Positions 1 through 13,150 of a stretch of DNA of 64,000 bases are shown here, piece by piece. This DNA comes from Octopus vulgaris. Taxonomy: Eukaryota. The position numbers and the translations under genes are program-made. Positions within the stretch are counted from its first letter, which is position 1. Each line of letters starts with the position of its first letter. The DNA lies in NCBI GenBank assembly GCA_951406725.2, contig OX597833.1:58156001-58220000 (forward strand). Direction: 5' to 3'. Under the pieces are notes generated by a model that saw only the letters and a list, made by a program, of their open reading frames with translations, searched no databases and had not been told where the DNA came from.

Positions 1-28
1 TTGAATGCTTGTTACTATGTTCTCATTC

Positions 29-1240
29 TTAATTTTATCAATCAATTTAGCCTTCCATATCTTAGGCATTGATTAAAATAGTCCCAGTGAAGTATTGGAG
101 TCAGTCATTGACTTGCCTTCTTACCTCAAAATTTTTGGTCTTAATTTCATCAATCAATTTAGCCTTCCATATCTTAGGCATTGATTAAAATAGTCCCAGT
201 GAAGTATTGGAGTCAGTCATTGACTTGCCTTCTTACCTCAAAATTTTTGGTCTTAATTTTATCAATCAATTTAGCCTTCCATATCTTAGGCGTTGATTAA
301 AATAGTCCCAGTGAAGTATTGGAGTCAGTCATTGACTTGCCTTCTTACCTCAAAATTTTTGGTCTTAATTTTATCAATCAATTTAGCCTTCCATATCTTA
401 GGCGTTGATTAAAATAGTCCCAGTGAAGTATTGGAGTCAGTCATTGACTTGCCTTCTTACCTCAAAATTTTTGGTCTTAATTTTATTAATCAATTTAGCC
501 TTCCATATCTTAGGCGTTGATTAAAATAGTCCCAGTGAAGTATTGGAGTCAGTCATTGACTTGCCTTCTTACCTCAAAATTTTTGGTCTTAATTTTATCA
601 ATCAGTTTAGCCTTCCATATCTTAGGCATTGATTAAAATAGTCCCAGTGAAGTATTGGAGTCAGTCATTGACTTGCCTTCTTACCTCAAAATTTTTGGTC
701 TTAATTTTATCAATCAATTTAGCCTTCCATATCTTAGGCGTTGATTAAAATAGTCCCAGTGAAGTATTGGAGTCAGTCATTGACTTGCCTTCTTACCTCA
801 AAATTTTTGGTCTTAATTTTATCAATCAATTTAGCCTTCCATATCTTAGGCGTTGATTAAAATAATCCCAGTGAAGTATTGGAGTCAGTCATTGACTTGC
901 CTTCTTACCTCAAAATTTTTGGTCTTAATTTTATCAATCAATTTAGCCTTCCATATCTTAGGCGTTGATTAAAATAGTCCCAGTGAAGTATTGGAGTCAG
1001 TCATTGACTTGCCTTCTTACCTCAAAATGTTTGGTCTTAATTTTATCAATCAGTTTAGCCTTCCATATCTTAGGCATTGATTAAAATAGTCCCAGTGAAG
1101 TATTGGAGTCAGTCATTGACTTGCCTTCTTACCTCAAAATTTTTGGTCTTAATTTTATCAATCAGTTTAGCCTTCCATATCTTAGGCATTGATTAAAATA
1201 GTCCCAGTGAAGTATTGGAGTCAGTCATTGACTTACCTTC
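29..1240. repeat. Tandem array, 112-bp unit, about 10.8 near-identical copies
   Basis: Unit TTAATTTTATCAATCAATTTAGCC...ATTTTTGGTC recurs at 29, 141, 253, 365 and onward (period 112) with only scattered substitutions. Confidence 0.97.
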
Positions 1241-1594
1241 TTTCCCACCATGGGAAAAGTTTTGTTGCAGTGTTAATTTAAATTCGGCTATGGTGGATCG
1301 AATCCTCTTCATGCTAGCAAGATCCACTACAAACATTTACAGCAAAATCTCTTTTATTTCAACATACCTTGTAGTTATGGCTTCATGCAATGGAAATTTT
1401 CAAGAATCAACTGGGAAATACAAGCAAGAAAAGGAACTTAGTTTCTTTACATAAGCTGAAAGATATGTAAATATTTAAATCTTAAATCAATAATTTAACC
1501 TGAATATCTGCTGATATTTCTGTGACAAATTCCAATAACTTCCCTAGATCTGATCCACTTAGTGGCTTAAATACCAGTATGTGGTATTTATAAA

Positions 1595-1824
1595 GGCACG
1601 AGCTGGCAGAAACGTTGGCACGCCAGGCGAAATGCTTAGCGGTATTTCGTCTGTCGTTACGTTCTGAGTTCAAATTCCGCCGAGGTCGACTTTGCCTTTC
1701 ATCCTTTCGGGGTCGATTAAATAAGTACTAGTTACGCACTGGGGTCGATGTAATCGACTTAATACCTATGTCTGTCCTTGTTTGTCCCCTCTGTGTTTAG
1801 CCCCTTGTGGGTAATAAAGAAATA
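1595..1824 (+). mobile_element. tRNA-derived SINE, family A (GGCGAGCTGGCAGAAACGTTAGC...AATAAAGAAATA)
   Basis: A-box-like head and B-box-like GAGTTCAAATTCC. Highly similar copies at 11964, 18127, 22095, 46137, 47035-47641, 61542-61956 and 62428. Confidence 0.9.
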
Positions 1825-2166
1825 GGTATTTATTTTCAACTGTTAACTGAAGTCAGACTAACCACATAGTGGTTTGGTTTGGCTGGTCTGATTTTCCCTA
1901 TAGCATCTGGACTGTTACTCCCTGCAGGGGTTTTGGTTTTATTTGGTCAAACTTGTGGTGGTTCAGTTACACTTACCTGGTTAGCCCCACACAGGGTCTG
2001 TTTGCTTGGCTTAACCTTACAAAGGTTTGATTTCTGTCTATGTATAACTTGTAGAATAAACTTCCATGTAAAAAGCCTACAGCCCACACTGTAAAGTGGT
2101 CAGCATTTGGAAGGGCATCCAAGCTGTAAAAATCTTACAAAGACTGATCTTGCCTGTGCTTGTGCC

Positions 2167-2550
2167 ACATCATCATCATCGTTTAGCGTCCGCTTTCCAT
2201 GCTAGCATGGGTTGGACGGTTCGACTGGGGTCTGGGAAGCCAGAAGGCTGCACCAGGCCCAGTCTGATCTGGCAGTGTTTCTACGGCTGGATGCCCTTCC
2301 TAACACCAACCACTCCATGAGTGTAGTGGGTGCTTTTTACGTGCCAGACGAGTCTGGCAAACGGCCACGATCGGATGGTGCTTTTTATGTGCCACCATTT
2401 GGCCCGGCCCACTCTGCTGGGTGGCTGGAGTTAGCGGGGACATCCAGCCGTAAAAACCATGCCAAAACAGAAGTCTAGAGCAGGCTTCTGTCAAACTGTC
2501 CAACCCATGACAGCATGGAAGGTGGATGTGAAATGATGACTGACGATGAT
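2167..2550. mobile_element. Two oppositely oriented fragments of a SINE with GGAAGGGCATCCAGCCGTA core and (GAT)n tail (family E)
   Basis: The CATCATCATCGTTTAGCGTCC...GGCTGGATGCCCTTCCTAAC block also occurs at 6363. An inverted, diverged version lies at about 2430-2550. Confidence 0.7.
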
Positions 2551-3339
2551 ACACTGCTGAAAGACTGATTTAGTACTGACCTTACGGCATCTGTATAAAT
2601 GTTGGCATCTATTCACCAGCCACCACCTCAGTGTTGTGTTTAATTTCTAGTATCTTCTGGGAAGAATTTTTTGAAACATTTGTAATTTGCTAATTTAAAG
2701 AATTTTCCTTCCTGTAATTTCTAAACATCCCCTGCTGATTTAAAACAAATTTTTTTATTTTATTTATTTATTTATGGTATGTAATAGTGAGTGTAAGGTT
2801 TAGCCCCTCACTATGCAACACTTTGTGGGAGGCTTTTCATGACTTCAGGAATTGACCTATGGCTATTGTCCAGTCCATCCTGTCTCTTCAGAGGTGGTGT
2901 ATGTCTGAGACTATATTGTCTTTTTCTTTTTAAATTGTGGTAGGATGTGATTTGAGAGATTTGGCTGCTGTTTCTAGCAGTTTGATGACTGTCATTATCT
3001 TAGGAATAAACAGGTGTGGCAAAAGTTATTTCAGAATATTCTTTAAATTATTTTTTTTCCCCTTCATATCTTAAGACTTAGTTTATGCAGGGAATTTTTT
3101 TTGTCTTTTTTAACCCTGATCATTTGTAAACTGCATATCTTGTCACAGCCGGCTGGTTCTAAGTGGTTTCTAGTTTAAGCAAAGAGAAGACTACTTCACC
3201 TGTTCCAAGAACAGACGGACCTTATAAAATCTGCCGCCAAAACCACAACTCTCCCTACTCTCTCCCTATTTGATTTCATAGGTATGATCCTTATGGGTTA
3301 CATCATTCAGTTGTCCTGGGATCCCCCAATTTTTTTTTT

Positions 3340-3500
3340 TCTTTTCAATTCAATTTTTATTGGCTCAAAAAGCAAAAAGCAAGGCCATCTAGGGGGACAG
3401 GGAGTTATGTACAGGGAGGGTGGCCATACAAAGAGTTCAGGCCATTTCTGGTCAAGAGAGACTTTGAACCGAGCGGTCGTCGGCATCTTCACTATCTCTT
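3340..3500 (-). mobile_element. CR1-like LINE 3' end with 3'UTR
   Basis: Translates EIVKMPTTARFKVSLDQKWPEL, followed by AATAAA and an ATTGA-type tail. Same sequence family as 3790-3990. Confidence 0.65.
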
Positions 3501-3789
3501 CATCTCTATATGTAATGTTATCAAATACGGAGGCGTACTTGCCAGGCAAAGTGATTTGATCAGAGACAGTGTGTTGGAAGCAAAAAATGATTGCGATGTG
3601 ATAGACACATGCTATTCATTCAGGAAGACACCAATAAATACGATAAACAAGTACTGGGTTTGATCTGTTCAACTAAAACCCTTCAAAGCGGTGCTCAAGC
3701 ATGGACGCAGTCCAATGGCTGAAACAAGAGATAAAAAGATTAACGTAATATACTCGTCATCTCAAGCGAAACTCCGGAAAATTTTCATT

Positions 3790-3990
3790 GAAGTTCAGGC
3801 CATTTCTGGTCAAGAGAGACTTTGAACCAAGCGATCATCAGCATCTTCACTATCTCATCCGGCAGCTTATTCCACGGATCCGCAACCCGGACAGAGAAAG
3901 CTCCTCTCCTTCGACTGAAATGAAATCGTCGTCGATAGAGCTTTTCGGAGTGACCCCCGAATGCTTACCTTGGGCTTCAAGCTAGGATTG
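3790..3990 (-). mobile_element. CR1-clade LINE ORF2 C-terminal fragment
   Basis: Translates RGHSEKLYRRRFHFSRRRGAFSVRVADPWNKLPDEIV, matching the typical CR1/L2-group C-terminus (RGH...FS.RV...WN.LP). Confidence 0.75.
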
Positions 3991-4439
3991 GCCTTCTGCT
4001 ATTGACATTATACTCAGACTTTATTTCGTAAATTGGCCTTCTGCAGCCTTACAAAGACGTAGCTGCGGTTTGGACAAAGACACAAATGATAATGGAATGA
4101 AAAGATGGTTGGTGGGGGAAGCAGACACTGTTCACTGATTGCTGCTTCCTGAAAACATTCTCTCTTTCTCGACAAGACAAAATGAGGTATTGAACCTCTT
4201 ACCAAAGTTCAAAGAATGGACGCAATCATCCTTAGAAATTGAGGTGCTGATCCTCTTACCAAAATATAACATTCAGGTTTCAATTTAAGGCACTAAGGTC
4301 TCTTACCTTTCTTCCCCAACCAGGTAATTTGCAACCCCCAGGCAATCCTGCAGTTCTAAGTCGGGGCTCCAGAAAGCAAAACTGTATGGACTTTTTGGTC
4401 TCTATTCCCTTTGTTTATAGTGGGTGGTCCTACTTTGTG

Positions 4440-6200
4440 CCTGTGTCCTGTGCACATCACTAATGGTGAGGTATAATTATGTTATGGCCAGGACGATCCT
4501 ACTGTCCCAAAAGATATTAAAGCAGTAAAAACAAGCTAAAACATTTTCAAGACGATATCCTAAATAGTCAAATTCAGTTTTCTTTTTTATTTTAATTTGG
4601 AGCCCATCCCAAATATGTCGTTTCAACCCTTTCACCAGCGGTTGTTTTATCAGGTGTAAATATCTGAAAAATATGTGCTTCAGGTCCCAGCAACAAGTCA
4701 TTCACAATAACGAAAGAAACATATCATTTCCCATTATGACCTGCGGAGGCTAATCCGGGTCTTCCGTACAGGACAGGACCCATTCCCTCTGGCCCTCTAG
4801 CTTCTTCAAAAAGCTCTGTACAGCCCCTCCCTTATGAAAGATCACATTCATCCTAATGGGAGGGGGCCACAGTTTCCTCTGTCGGTGGCACAATTCCCAC
4901 CGACGAGGTTTCAGAACCTGCCAGCAATGTCCCTTTTTTTTTTTCTCCCATATGCTATAGAAGGGTGTAGTTCTTCTGCTTTATCAAGATGTTCCCTCCC
5001 CCTCCTCATAGCCTTGGGGTCCTTCGGTGGGCAACAACGGTTGTCCACCTTTTCCTTTTTTTGGAGGAGGTCTCACCTCCTTGACTGCCTCCATCTGTCC
5101 CTCTGAAGGAGGAGCGGAGGCACTACTTTTACTAAGTGCTCCAGGACCCTACTTTGATCCTGGGAACAGTTCTTCTTATGGCCCAGTTCCAGGCGCCGGT
5201 AACACTTGGGATGGGGGCGTCCCTCAAGTATCACTGGGTACCTGCAGCCGGCCATTTTCAAAAAATCTGGAAATAGCAGTTCTTTGGAGGCTGATTGGGA
5301 CCATAGGGTCAAAACCACTTTTGACCCCACCCAATCAGCCGCCGGCAACAATTTCACATTTAAAAGCTTGGGCCCACTGCCACCCAGACTTATCCAACGT
5401 CTTCCATTTCCACAAGAGATTGGTTAGCTCACAGCTTAAGATATGCTGATCATTCAACATTGATGAATCCTTGTCTTGCAACTTGTTCTCTATCCGTGGA
5501 ATGGTCAACAGGCAGGGAATTAGCAGTCTTTAGGGCGTCAGATAGAAACACTCCTTTACCTGTTTGGATTTGTCGCAGGTTGTGTGTGTATGCGTACGTA
5601 CGTACTAGGGAGTTAAGAAATTCGTTTTGCAATCGCAAGGTTCTGAGTTCAATCCTATTGTATGGCATGGAAAGAGCTTGACATTTTTCTTTTAATTCTT
5701 TCCCTGAAAGGAACTTGAACCTGGGATTGCACTTATATTCAGAGCTGAAATTATCAGTGAACTTTGCCATTCATTCTTTTGAGTTTTTTTTTTTTTTTTT
5801 TTTTTTTTTGTTAAATCAAAGCCGTGGCAGTGCTGTGGCAGAACTGTAAAAACATTAGCCTGGATCCCTTGTATTTTTTCTGGTTCTTTGTGTTCTGAGT
5901 TCAAATCTTACATGGCCTACTGGCAGAAGATACTTAACCCATCACCCAATTTAAAAGCACTCCCTTGCACCCCTTGGTTCCTTTTTAGCAAAATCCAGTC
6001 ATAGGTATTTGGACCTGCTTTCTGGTTTGAAGAGGTCTGCCTCTCTCCCTCACACAAATCTTGCAGGCCCTGTAAAAGGGTCTATTGCTCCCCACTCCTG
6101 AATAAAAGGTAAAATCCAATAGGGCACCTTGCTAGAATCCCAACATGCAAACAGTTTAAAGACCCAGTAGAGGTAGAATCAACGAAAAAAAAAACGTACT
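4440..6200 (-). pseudogene. Decayed ORF1 (gag-like) region of a Tx1-like LINE, interrupted at about 5450-5920
   Basis: YPVILEGRPHPKCYRRLELGHKKNC resembles MRVSVEGRRPRCFKCGQKGHVRSEC in the ORF1 at 32558-33664. Boundaries are approximate. Confidence 0.5.
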
Positions 6201-6362
6201 CCTCCATCTAGGGGAAGATATCACTTTAACTACACAATTGAAAGAGCTACTCAGTTTCATGCTGTTATGATACTTGAGCTGGAATATTCATAAAATACAT
6301 CAAGTATCTCAAAGCAGTCTTTCAGGCTCTACTTATGCATTAGGGTGCTTCATATGGCATTT

Positions 6363-6810
6363 TCATCATCATCATCATCATCGTTTAACGTCCATTCTCC
6401 ATGCTAGCACAGGTTGGACGGTTCGATCGGGGATCTGGGAATCCAGAAGGCTGCACCAGGCTCCAGTCTGATCTGGCAGTGTTTCTACAGCTGGATGCCC
6501 TTCCTAACGCCAACCACTCCAGGAGTGTAGTGGGTGCTTTTTACGTACCACCAGCACAGATGCCAGGTGAGGCTGGCAACGGCCATGGTCGGATGGTGCA
6601 TTTTACGTGCCACCGGCACGGAAGCCAGTCAAAGTGGCACTGGCATCGGCCACGATTCGGATGGTGCATTTTACGTGCCACCGGCAGGGAAGCCAGTTTA
6701 GGCGGCGCTGGCATCGGCCACGATTCGGATGGTGCTTTTTACATGCCATTGGCACAGGGATCACAACTGCAGTTTCCATTGATTTTTTTGATGTTGATGT
6801 ACTTGACTCA
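6363..6810 (-). mobile_element. Family E SINE with internal GC-rich minisatellite
   Basis: (CAT)n tail and core as at 2167. Repeated CGGATGGTGCATTTTACGTGCCACCGGCA units. Confidence 0.75.
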
Positions 6811-6998
6811 ATTTTATATATAAATAGATGCCCTAACTCCAGCCAAACTCTCAACTGTCATATCTTCACTGTGGTGCTGCAGTTAGCTAGCTGGTTCCTA
6901 TGCTTCACTATTTCCGAAGTTTTTTTTCCAACAGTCACATTGTTAATGTGACTAGAGAGGAGACCAAAAAAAAAATAATAATAAATAAGCTATATATA

Positions 6999-7160
6999 GG
7001 CGCAGGAGTGGCTGTGTGGTAAGTAGCTTGTTTACCAACCACATGGTACCGGGTTCCGTCCCACTGCGTGGCACCTTGGGTAAGTGTCTTCTACTATAGC
7101 CTCGGGCCGACCAATGACTTGTGAGTGGATTTGGTAGACGCAAACTGAAAGAAGCCCGTC

Positions 7161-7221
<61 letters not shown>

Positions 7222-7430
7222 GTGTGTGTATGTTTGTGTGTGTGTTTGTCCCCCCAGCATTGCTTGACAACCGATGCTGGTGTGTTTATGTCCCCGTTAC
7301 TTAGCGGTTCGGCAAAAGAGACCGATAGAATAAGTACTGGGCTTACAAAGAATAAGTCCCGGGGTCGATTTGCTCGACTAAAGGCGGTGCTCCAGCATGG
7401 CCGCAGTCAAATGACTGAAACCAGTAAAAG
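6999..7430 (+). mobile_element. tRNA-derived SINE, family B (GGCGCAGGAGTGGCTGTGTGG...TGACTGAAACAAGTAAAAG) with internal TA/TG tract
   Basis: A-box TGGCTGTGTGG, B-box-like GGTTC(A/C)GTCCC and CORE-like ACCTTGGGCAAGTGTCTT. More than 15 copies in the window. Confidence 0.9.
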
Positions 7431-8099
7431 GAAAGAAAAGGAAAAAGAAAAGAATAACCGGAATGTTTTTGTATATAGGTTTGTTTGATGATGGTCAAAC
7501 AACTGATCTGCTTTTTGATGCGTTGTCGTATTTGCAGCTTCATGAAACCTGTTGTCTGGAATATGTATTACTGTGCCGTGAGGCTTTGGACATACCTGGC
7601 CTATATCTCACGTTTGACTGTAAACCATTTGTTGAAGTATGGTCACTATGAGAATTTCCTCGTGTGTAGGGCACCTCAGTTGCTGATATGCAGTCACTTC
7701 AAAACGCCCTTTATCTGTTCGGATTGGCCTCAAGCTGTGTGTATGTACTTACGAGGGGGTTAAATAGTTCGTTTCGCAATCAAAAGGTTCGGAGTTCAAT
7801 CTTATTGTATGGCATTATGAGAGTTTTTTTTTTTTTACGTTGGCTTCTTGTTGATCAAAGTCTTCTGAATGAAATTCACTTGAGGAAAATCTATTTGCAG
7901 TCCTGTGGCTGGACAGTGCCATTAATTTAAAGGGTCAGCCTTGTCACACTGTCTTGCTAATCCACTTGCCTTATAATTCAATGAGTAGGTAGTTTGGTTG
8001 ATGGAATAATCGGAGCGTTCTTTGTCGAAACTGACAATGGTTCCTTTCAGTTTTGCATTTCCATTTTGGAACCGCCCTCTTCTCCATTGAAACCATTCT

Positions 8100-10330
8100 G
8101 GTGGTTTCTTCTGTAGAATCAGCCGAATCCAGTCTTCGTATGCATAGGAAGGCAGGCCCTAACTTGCCGAAGGTTTAAGACCGGTTGGCTACCCTCACTT
8201 GGTTTAGCCGGCTAGTTGAAGCCGTTGCCCGGGGTGTGGCCGCTGTTGCATACAAATAGCTACTAGGAGCCACAAGCAAGAGCTGAGTGCAGGTGGGGAC
8301 CAAGGCGGATCAACTACTCCGAGGAGGAGCACAACTGTTGTCCCGTCAGAGGTACTACCCCTCCCGTACAATCCCGCTGTCCCAATTTTTTATTATGGCA
8401 AAGTAACATTTAGCAATAACCCTATTACAACTGTTTATTCACCAACACAATGTCTGTCGCTCGACCTTCAGCCGTATAAAAGCTTCATATGGGAATGGGT
8501 CAGGGCACACTCGGGGGCCACTGGAGTCACTGCACCGACTAGTGGAACCTTATTGAAGTGAAGGTTGTTACCACTCTCTACCACATTTGCTGCATCGGTA
8601 GACAGGTTTTTGCTTGTAGGCGGCTAGGCCCGAAAAGTGTTGCGGGCATGATACCGAGACCAACGCGCATGGGATCTTGAAGGTGAGGTCATATACAAAA
8701 GGGGCCTGGTCTGCATGTTCGAGTGCGGAGTCAGAGGGAAGACCCGAAAGTGAGGGCAGGATCCTCGGTGAGGCAATTGGGAGTAGCTCACCTGAGAACC
8801 AGAGTAGAAACCGTAGTTTAGAACAAATCGATCGAGATTCGACCTGCAAAGAACCAGATCTTGATCTCTTGGAACTGGATGGCTACGTTGATCTTTCGGT
8901 AACCAGCTGCCAATAACTCGATGGGGATCGGAATCTCATCGGACCAGCAGCTTCTACGGGCACGGTTTTTTTTTGGTTTTTTTTTTTTTTAGCACGTTTG
9001 CGAGCTAGTTCTTTGCACCGTGCTATCCCGCGAGCATTAGCTATAACAGGATGCCGGTGCCGCGATCTCCCTACAACCGTCATAAAAGGAACAGCTTCAG
9101 TGATCGCATTGGAAGGATAGTGCCGAACTCAACGCACCACTGCATTTTCCTGTATGGGCTTCTCATGGAATAAGGTGTCCAGACTCCTTACCACACTTTT
9201 TGCATTTGAAAACGGGTCTCGCGCCATGTCTACATTCCAAATGTTCTCCCCACTTTCATGGGGGACGAGAAAAATTGTGGACATAAGGGACAAGTTAGTC
9301 ACCAACGAGCAAGGAACGGGAAGACAAAGGCCGTCCCCGACCGGAGTAGGATTCACCCCATCCGACACTTCTGAGCACATCTTAGAATAGGATAGGGCAT
9401 CCTCGCCAAAACCAGGCGGAAACTGACTTCCATTCAACACCAAGGAGTGTGTCCTGTATCGCAACTCAAACCGGCCAGGTCTCTTCCTGAAATATACTAG
9501 TGTCTAAATCTGGACATGTCTGACCTGTAAGGAGTCACTATTTGTACCATGGGGTGGATGTGACTTTTTATCCACCCTGAAAGTCTCTTAGGCTCGACAT
9601 GAAATTACTCCATGCCGGGTCTGACCTGTGGGCTCCATCTCCGACCTATAGGCTACTGGTTTATCAGTGCCCGGCTGCCGCATGATTCTTGTTTTATCAT
9701 TTTTCATCAAACTGATTTGCGGCATCTTCCAGATGTAAATGCCTGATCGATTAAGGTAACCTACAGAGGCGCAAGGAGCCACATCACCGGCACAAAACTG
9801 CCAGCAACCAGTCTCGCCCAGATCATAAACAACACCTCCCGATGCAAGCCGCTTCTGGTCAACGTGCCAACCGGGCCCGATTGCATCTCTCCCGTACATT
9901 CTCAAAACCCTCCCTAATTCTCTAACATGAGAGTTTCAAGCTCAGATCACCCCCACACAAGCACAGACCCACACTAATGTCGTATGAAAAGCCAGAGCCA
10001 GCCTCGGATTAGAAGCGGACAAAGCACCAAAAGATGCAGCTCACTCACTGGGCCGACCTGTGAAACTCGGTCGGTGAAGGACTCATGGTCGCAGGCTCCA
10101 CGACCAGAACATCCCACGCCTTCCAGCCAGATCACCCATGCACAACTTGGTCTCCCATCAACTGGAACCGCTTTGGGAGAATGGAGCACATTTAGTTTGT
10201 CCAAAATGAGAGAACCAATTCGCTGTGGTAGAACCTGTCGGCATAGCTCCTCCCTCAGATGTCAGCTCTCTCATAACGTCAAAGTACTGTTCCTTGGGAC
10301 AACAGAGATGGTTATATGATGAAAGTCGTT
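8100..10330. mobile_element. Unclassified, decayed GC-richer element, possibly a non-LTR retrotransposon relic
   Basis: Abrupt compositional shift and many short broken ORFs. Part of it is duplicated at 10810-11191. No diagnostic motif is intact. Confidence 0.3.
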
Positions 10331-10809
10331 GACGTGTATGTGTGTAGTAATTCATATCGTTTGCTTCTTTACAGAACTACTTAGCAATCTAAAAATTCCT
10401 GTTGAACTAGTTCCGTAACCAACCAGTAACTTGAGGCCCCACGATCGCTCGTTATTTTCCCACAGGTCAGCTTTGACTCAGTTCACCTATGATCAAACTT
10501 TTTCCAGAAATGTTAGGTCTTTTTCTCTTTTTCAAGATGGTAAATTGTTTTTGGCTGCTATTTCTAACAAACCGACCGATCACTTGGAGGTCCCCCGCAT
10601 GGAATCAATGTTTCTGATTTGGCATTGCGATATTTCATTGTCCTCAGATTTCTCTCTTGCAGACATAACAGTGCGTAACAAGACAAATATTTAAACTTTC
10701 TAAACTTTTTTTTGTTAAGCTAGTTCAAAGGAGCTAATTTATCCTTTTCTTTTCTCGTCTTGCTCTTTTGTGCCTTGGCCGAATGGTGAGTTTTGGACAA
10801 TTTTGGACA

Positions 10810-11191
10810 GGTCTCGCGCCATGTCTACATTCCAAATGTTCTCCCCACTTTCGCGGGGGACGAGAAAAATTGTGGACATAAAGGACAAATTAGTCACCAA
10901 CGAGCAAGGAACGGGAAGACAAAAGCCGTCCCCGACCGGGGTAGGATTCACCCCATCCGACACTTCTGAGCACATCTTAGAATAGGATAGGGCATCCTTG
11001 CCAAAACCAGGCGGAAACTGACTTCCATTCAACACCAAGGAGTGTGTCCAGTATCCTGAAATATACTAGTGTCTAAATCTGGATATGTCTGACCTGTAAG
11101 GAGTCACTATTTGTACCACGGGGTGGATGTGACTTTTTATCCATCCCGAAAGTCTCTTAGGCTCGACATGAAATTACTCCATGCCGGGTCT
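10810..11191 (+). repeat. Direct duplicate of 9215-9622 with a 26-bp deletion
   Basis: GGTCTCGCGCCATGTCTAC...CCATGCCGGGTCT is present twice (408 vs 382 bp). Confidence 0.92.
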
Positions 11192-11199
11192 CATATCAC

Positions 11200-11850
11200 T
11201 TTTTTTTTTTTACTTTTTACTTCAGGTTTATTTCAGTCAGTACTATTTACAATTTAAAAATTTAAATGAAGGGGGGAAAAAAACGGGGAAGGCAAATTCA
11301 GAATTAAATAATGAAAGGGAGAGAGAGGGAGGGACACTCCACTCTCGACCCCTCCCTTAGTCCGCCACGCAGACAAGATAAAGGCATTACCACGGAGAAG
11401 GCGTGTGACATGTGCGGCAACAACCACACCACTTCTTTTCTGATTTTGTCGAAGAAATCGGCCGTGCAGGTCTGGAGGTCAGCAGAAGTCTCGACAGTGA
11501 CTGGTAATGAATAGGAGTGGGCAGTTTGGGTTTGCTGCCGAAGCAACAAGGCCAGAGGCAGACAAGTCGCAACATGTCCTGTCTTTTACTCCCTTCGAAT
11601 GGGGAACAGGGTTATTCCGTTGGGCGCTTACCATCGCTACGGTCGAAGTCAGTTGGTTCCAGTTGCGGCGAGAAGCCGGCTACATCGGGGCTCTCTCCTT
11701 GATGGCGAACGAGTACGGCTTGTTGAGGGAACTGGCCTGCACTAAGTCGGCATAATAGCGGGTGCAGGCCGAACTCAACAACAGCTTCGACATTTGTATG
11801 GTTCGCACAAGCGGAGGCGCTCATCTTCTCCAAAGCAATGCACCCTTCAT
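11200..11850 (-). mobile_element. 3' end of a CRE-clade non-LTR retrotransposon (restriction-like endonuclease) with poly(A)
   Basis: Frameshifted pieces GLHPLLCRLSAG, LEPTDFDRSDGKRP and YSLPVTVETSADLQTCTADFFDKI match the CRE-type CCHC, DGKRPDG and P.AVET motifs. T-run at 11200-11211. Confidence 0.7.
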
Positions 11851-11963
11851 TTAAGAGTACAGGTTGATGAGAACCATGAATTCAGCCCCGTGTCGTTGTT
11901 TGGTTGTAAGACAGAGCAGAGGCATGCTAGACTACAACTATCACTGCTACTGTAGTCGTGCAA

Positions 11964-12195
11964 GGCGGCGAGCTGGCAGAAACGTTAGCATGCCGGGCGA
12001 AATGCGTAGCCATATTTTGTCTGCCGTTACGTTCTGAGTTCAAATTCCGCCGAGGTCGACTTTGCCTTTCATCCTTTCGGGGTTGATAAATTAAGTACCA
12101 GTTACGCACTGGGGGTCAATGTAATCGACTTAATCCGTTTGTCTGTCCTTGTTTGTCCCCTATGTGTGTAGCCCCTTGTGGGCAGTAAAGAAATA
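11964..12195 (+). mobile_element. SINE family A, full length, with TSD
   Basis: Flanked by TGTAGTCGTGCAA and TGTAGCCGTGCAA. Confidence 0.9.
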
Positions 12196-12614
12196 TATTG
12201 TAGCCGTGCAAAAACCCGGCAAGCTATTGACTGAATGAAACTACGATCAAAAAGCATATTCCAGTTATAACAAGTCCTTCTCTCTGGCATTGCCTATCTA
12301 AGACTACATCATCTAATGTGTCCTTTTCTTTTCTAGACCGTATCTTCAGATTAGACCTTTTTCCAGCAGGTTGAAGTGTCACAACTTTATGCATGTTACC
12401 CCTATTTACATGCATAATAGATATTACAACGGTTCCATTACTGTCACCAACTAGCCGTATATAAATGCAAGTTTTAACCCTTGGTCATTCATGAACCAGG
12501 AAACCCACAATCAAAGGCGTTCCACTGAGATTATCCTGTCGTATGTCTTAAAGAAAATGACAATAGGATGTGATTTGAAGGAGATTTGACTGTTATTTCT
12601 AGCAGGAGCGTGAC

Positions 12615-13150
12615 TATGTAATCCTTTTTGCCCCTTGTGGAGCATAGGGCCTCAACAGTTGTTTTCTGTTTTTTGCGGTCACTGGCATGTTTCTTGGTTG
12701 CTTCCCATGTCAGGCCGGTGGTCCTGAGCTCGTCCAAAATGCTCCGCTTCCATGTCTGCTTCGGGTGTCCTCGCTTCCTTTTTCCCCTGCGGGTTCCAGT
12801 CAGGTGCTTGTCGTGTCACATTTGACGGTTCTTTCCGCAGTGTGTGTCCGATCCATCTCCATGTACGGGCTCTTGGTTGGTCATTCCCCCCCCACACACA
12901 CACACACACAGGTCGGTGTTTGGCACTCTCTCGAACCACTTCAGATGAGATGGAGGATCTGCCGGAGACATTCATTCATCATGAAGGTCTGGATCTTCTT
13001 GTAGTTGCTGCAGGTGGCTCTCCATGTTTCAGAGCCATACAAAAGCACAGATTTTACGTTTGAACTAAATAGGCGGAATTTAGTTCGAGTTGAGATGGCA
13101 GAGGACTTCCATACCGGCTTAGTTATGCTTAATGCTTATCGAGGGTTTCT
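12615..13150 (-). mobile_element. RTE-clade LINE 3' fragment
   Basis: WRWIGHTLRKEPSNVTRQAPDWNPQGK is the typical RTE C-terminal motif. Confidence 0.8.

Noticed and set aside
29-1240. CRISPR-like array
   Set aside because: No unique spacers; this is a plain tandem repeat in eukaryotic DNA.
1368-1455. Minus-strand exon candidate (tttcAG ... GTatgt)
   Set aside because: Stop codons in all three frames and no supportable partner exons. A non-coding exon cannot be excluded.
6952-7543. Recurrent ORFs such as [18 protein letters not shown] and [10 protein letters not shown]
   Set aside because: They are translations of SINE copies, not genes.
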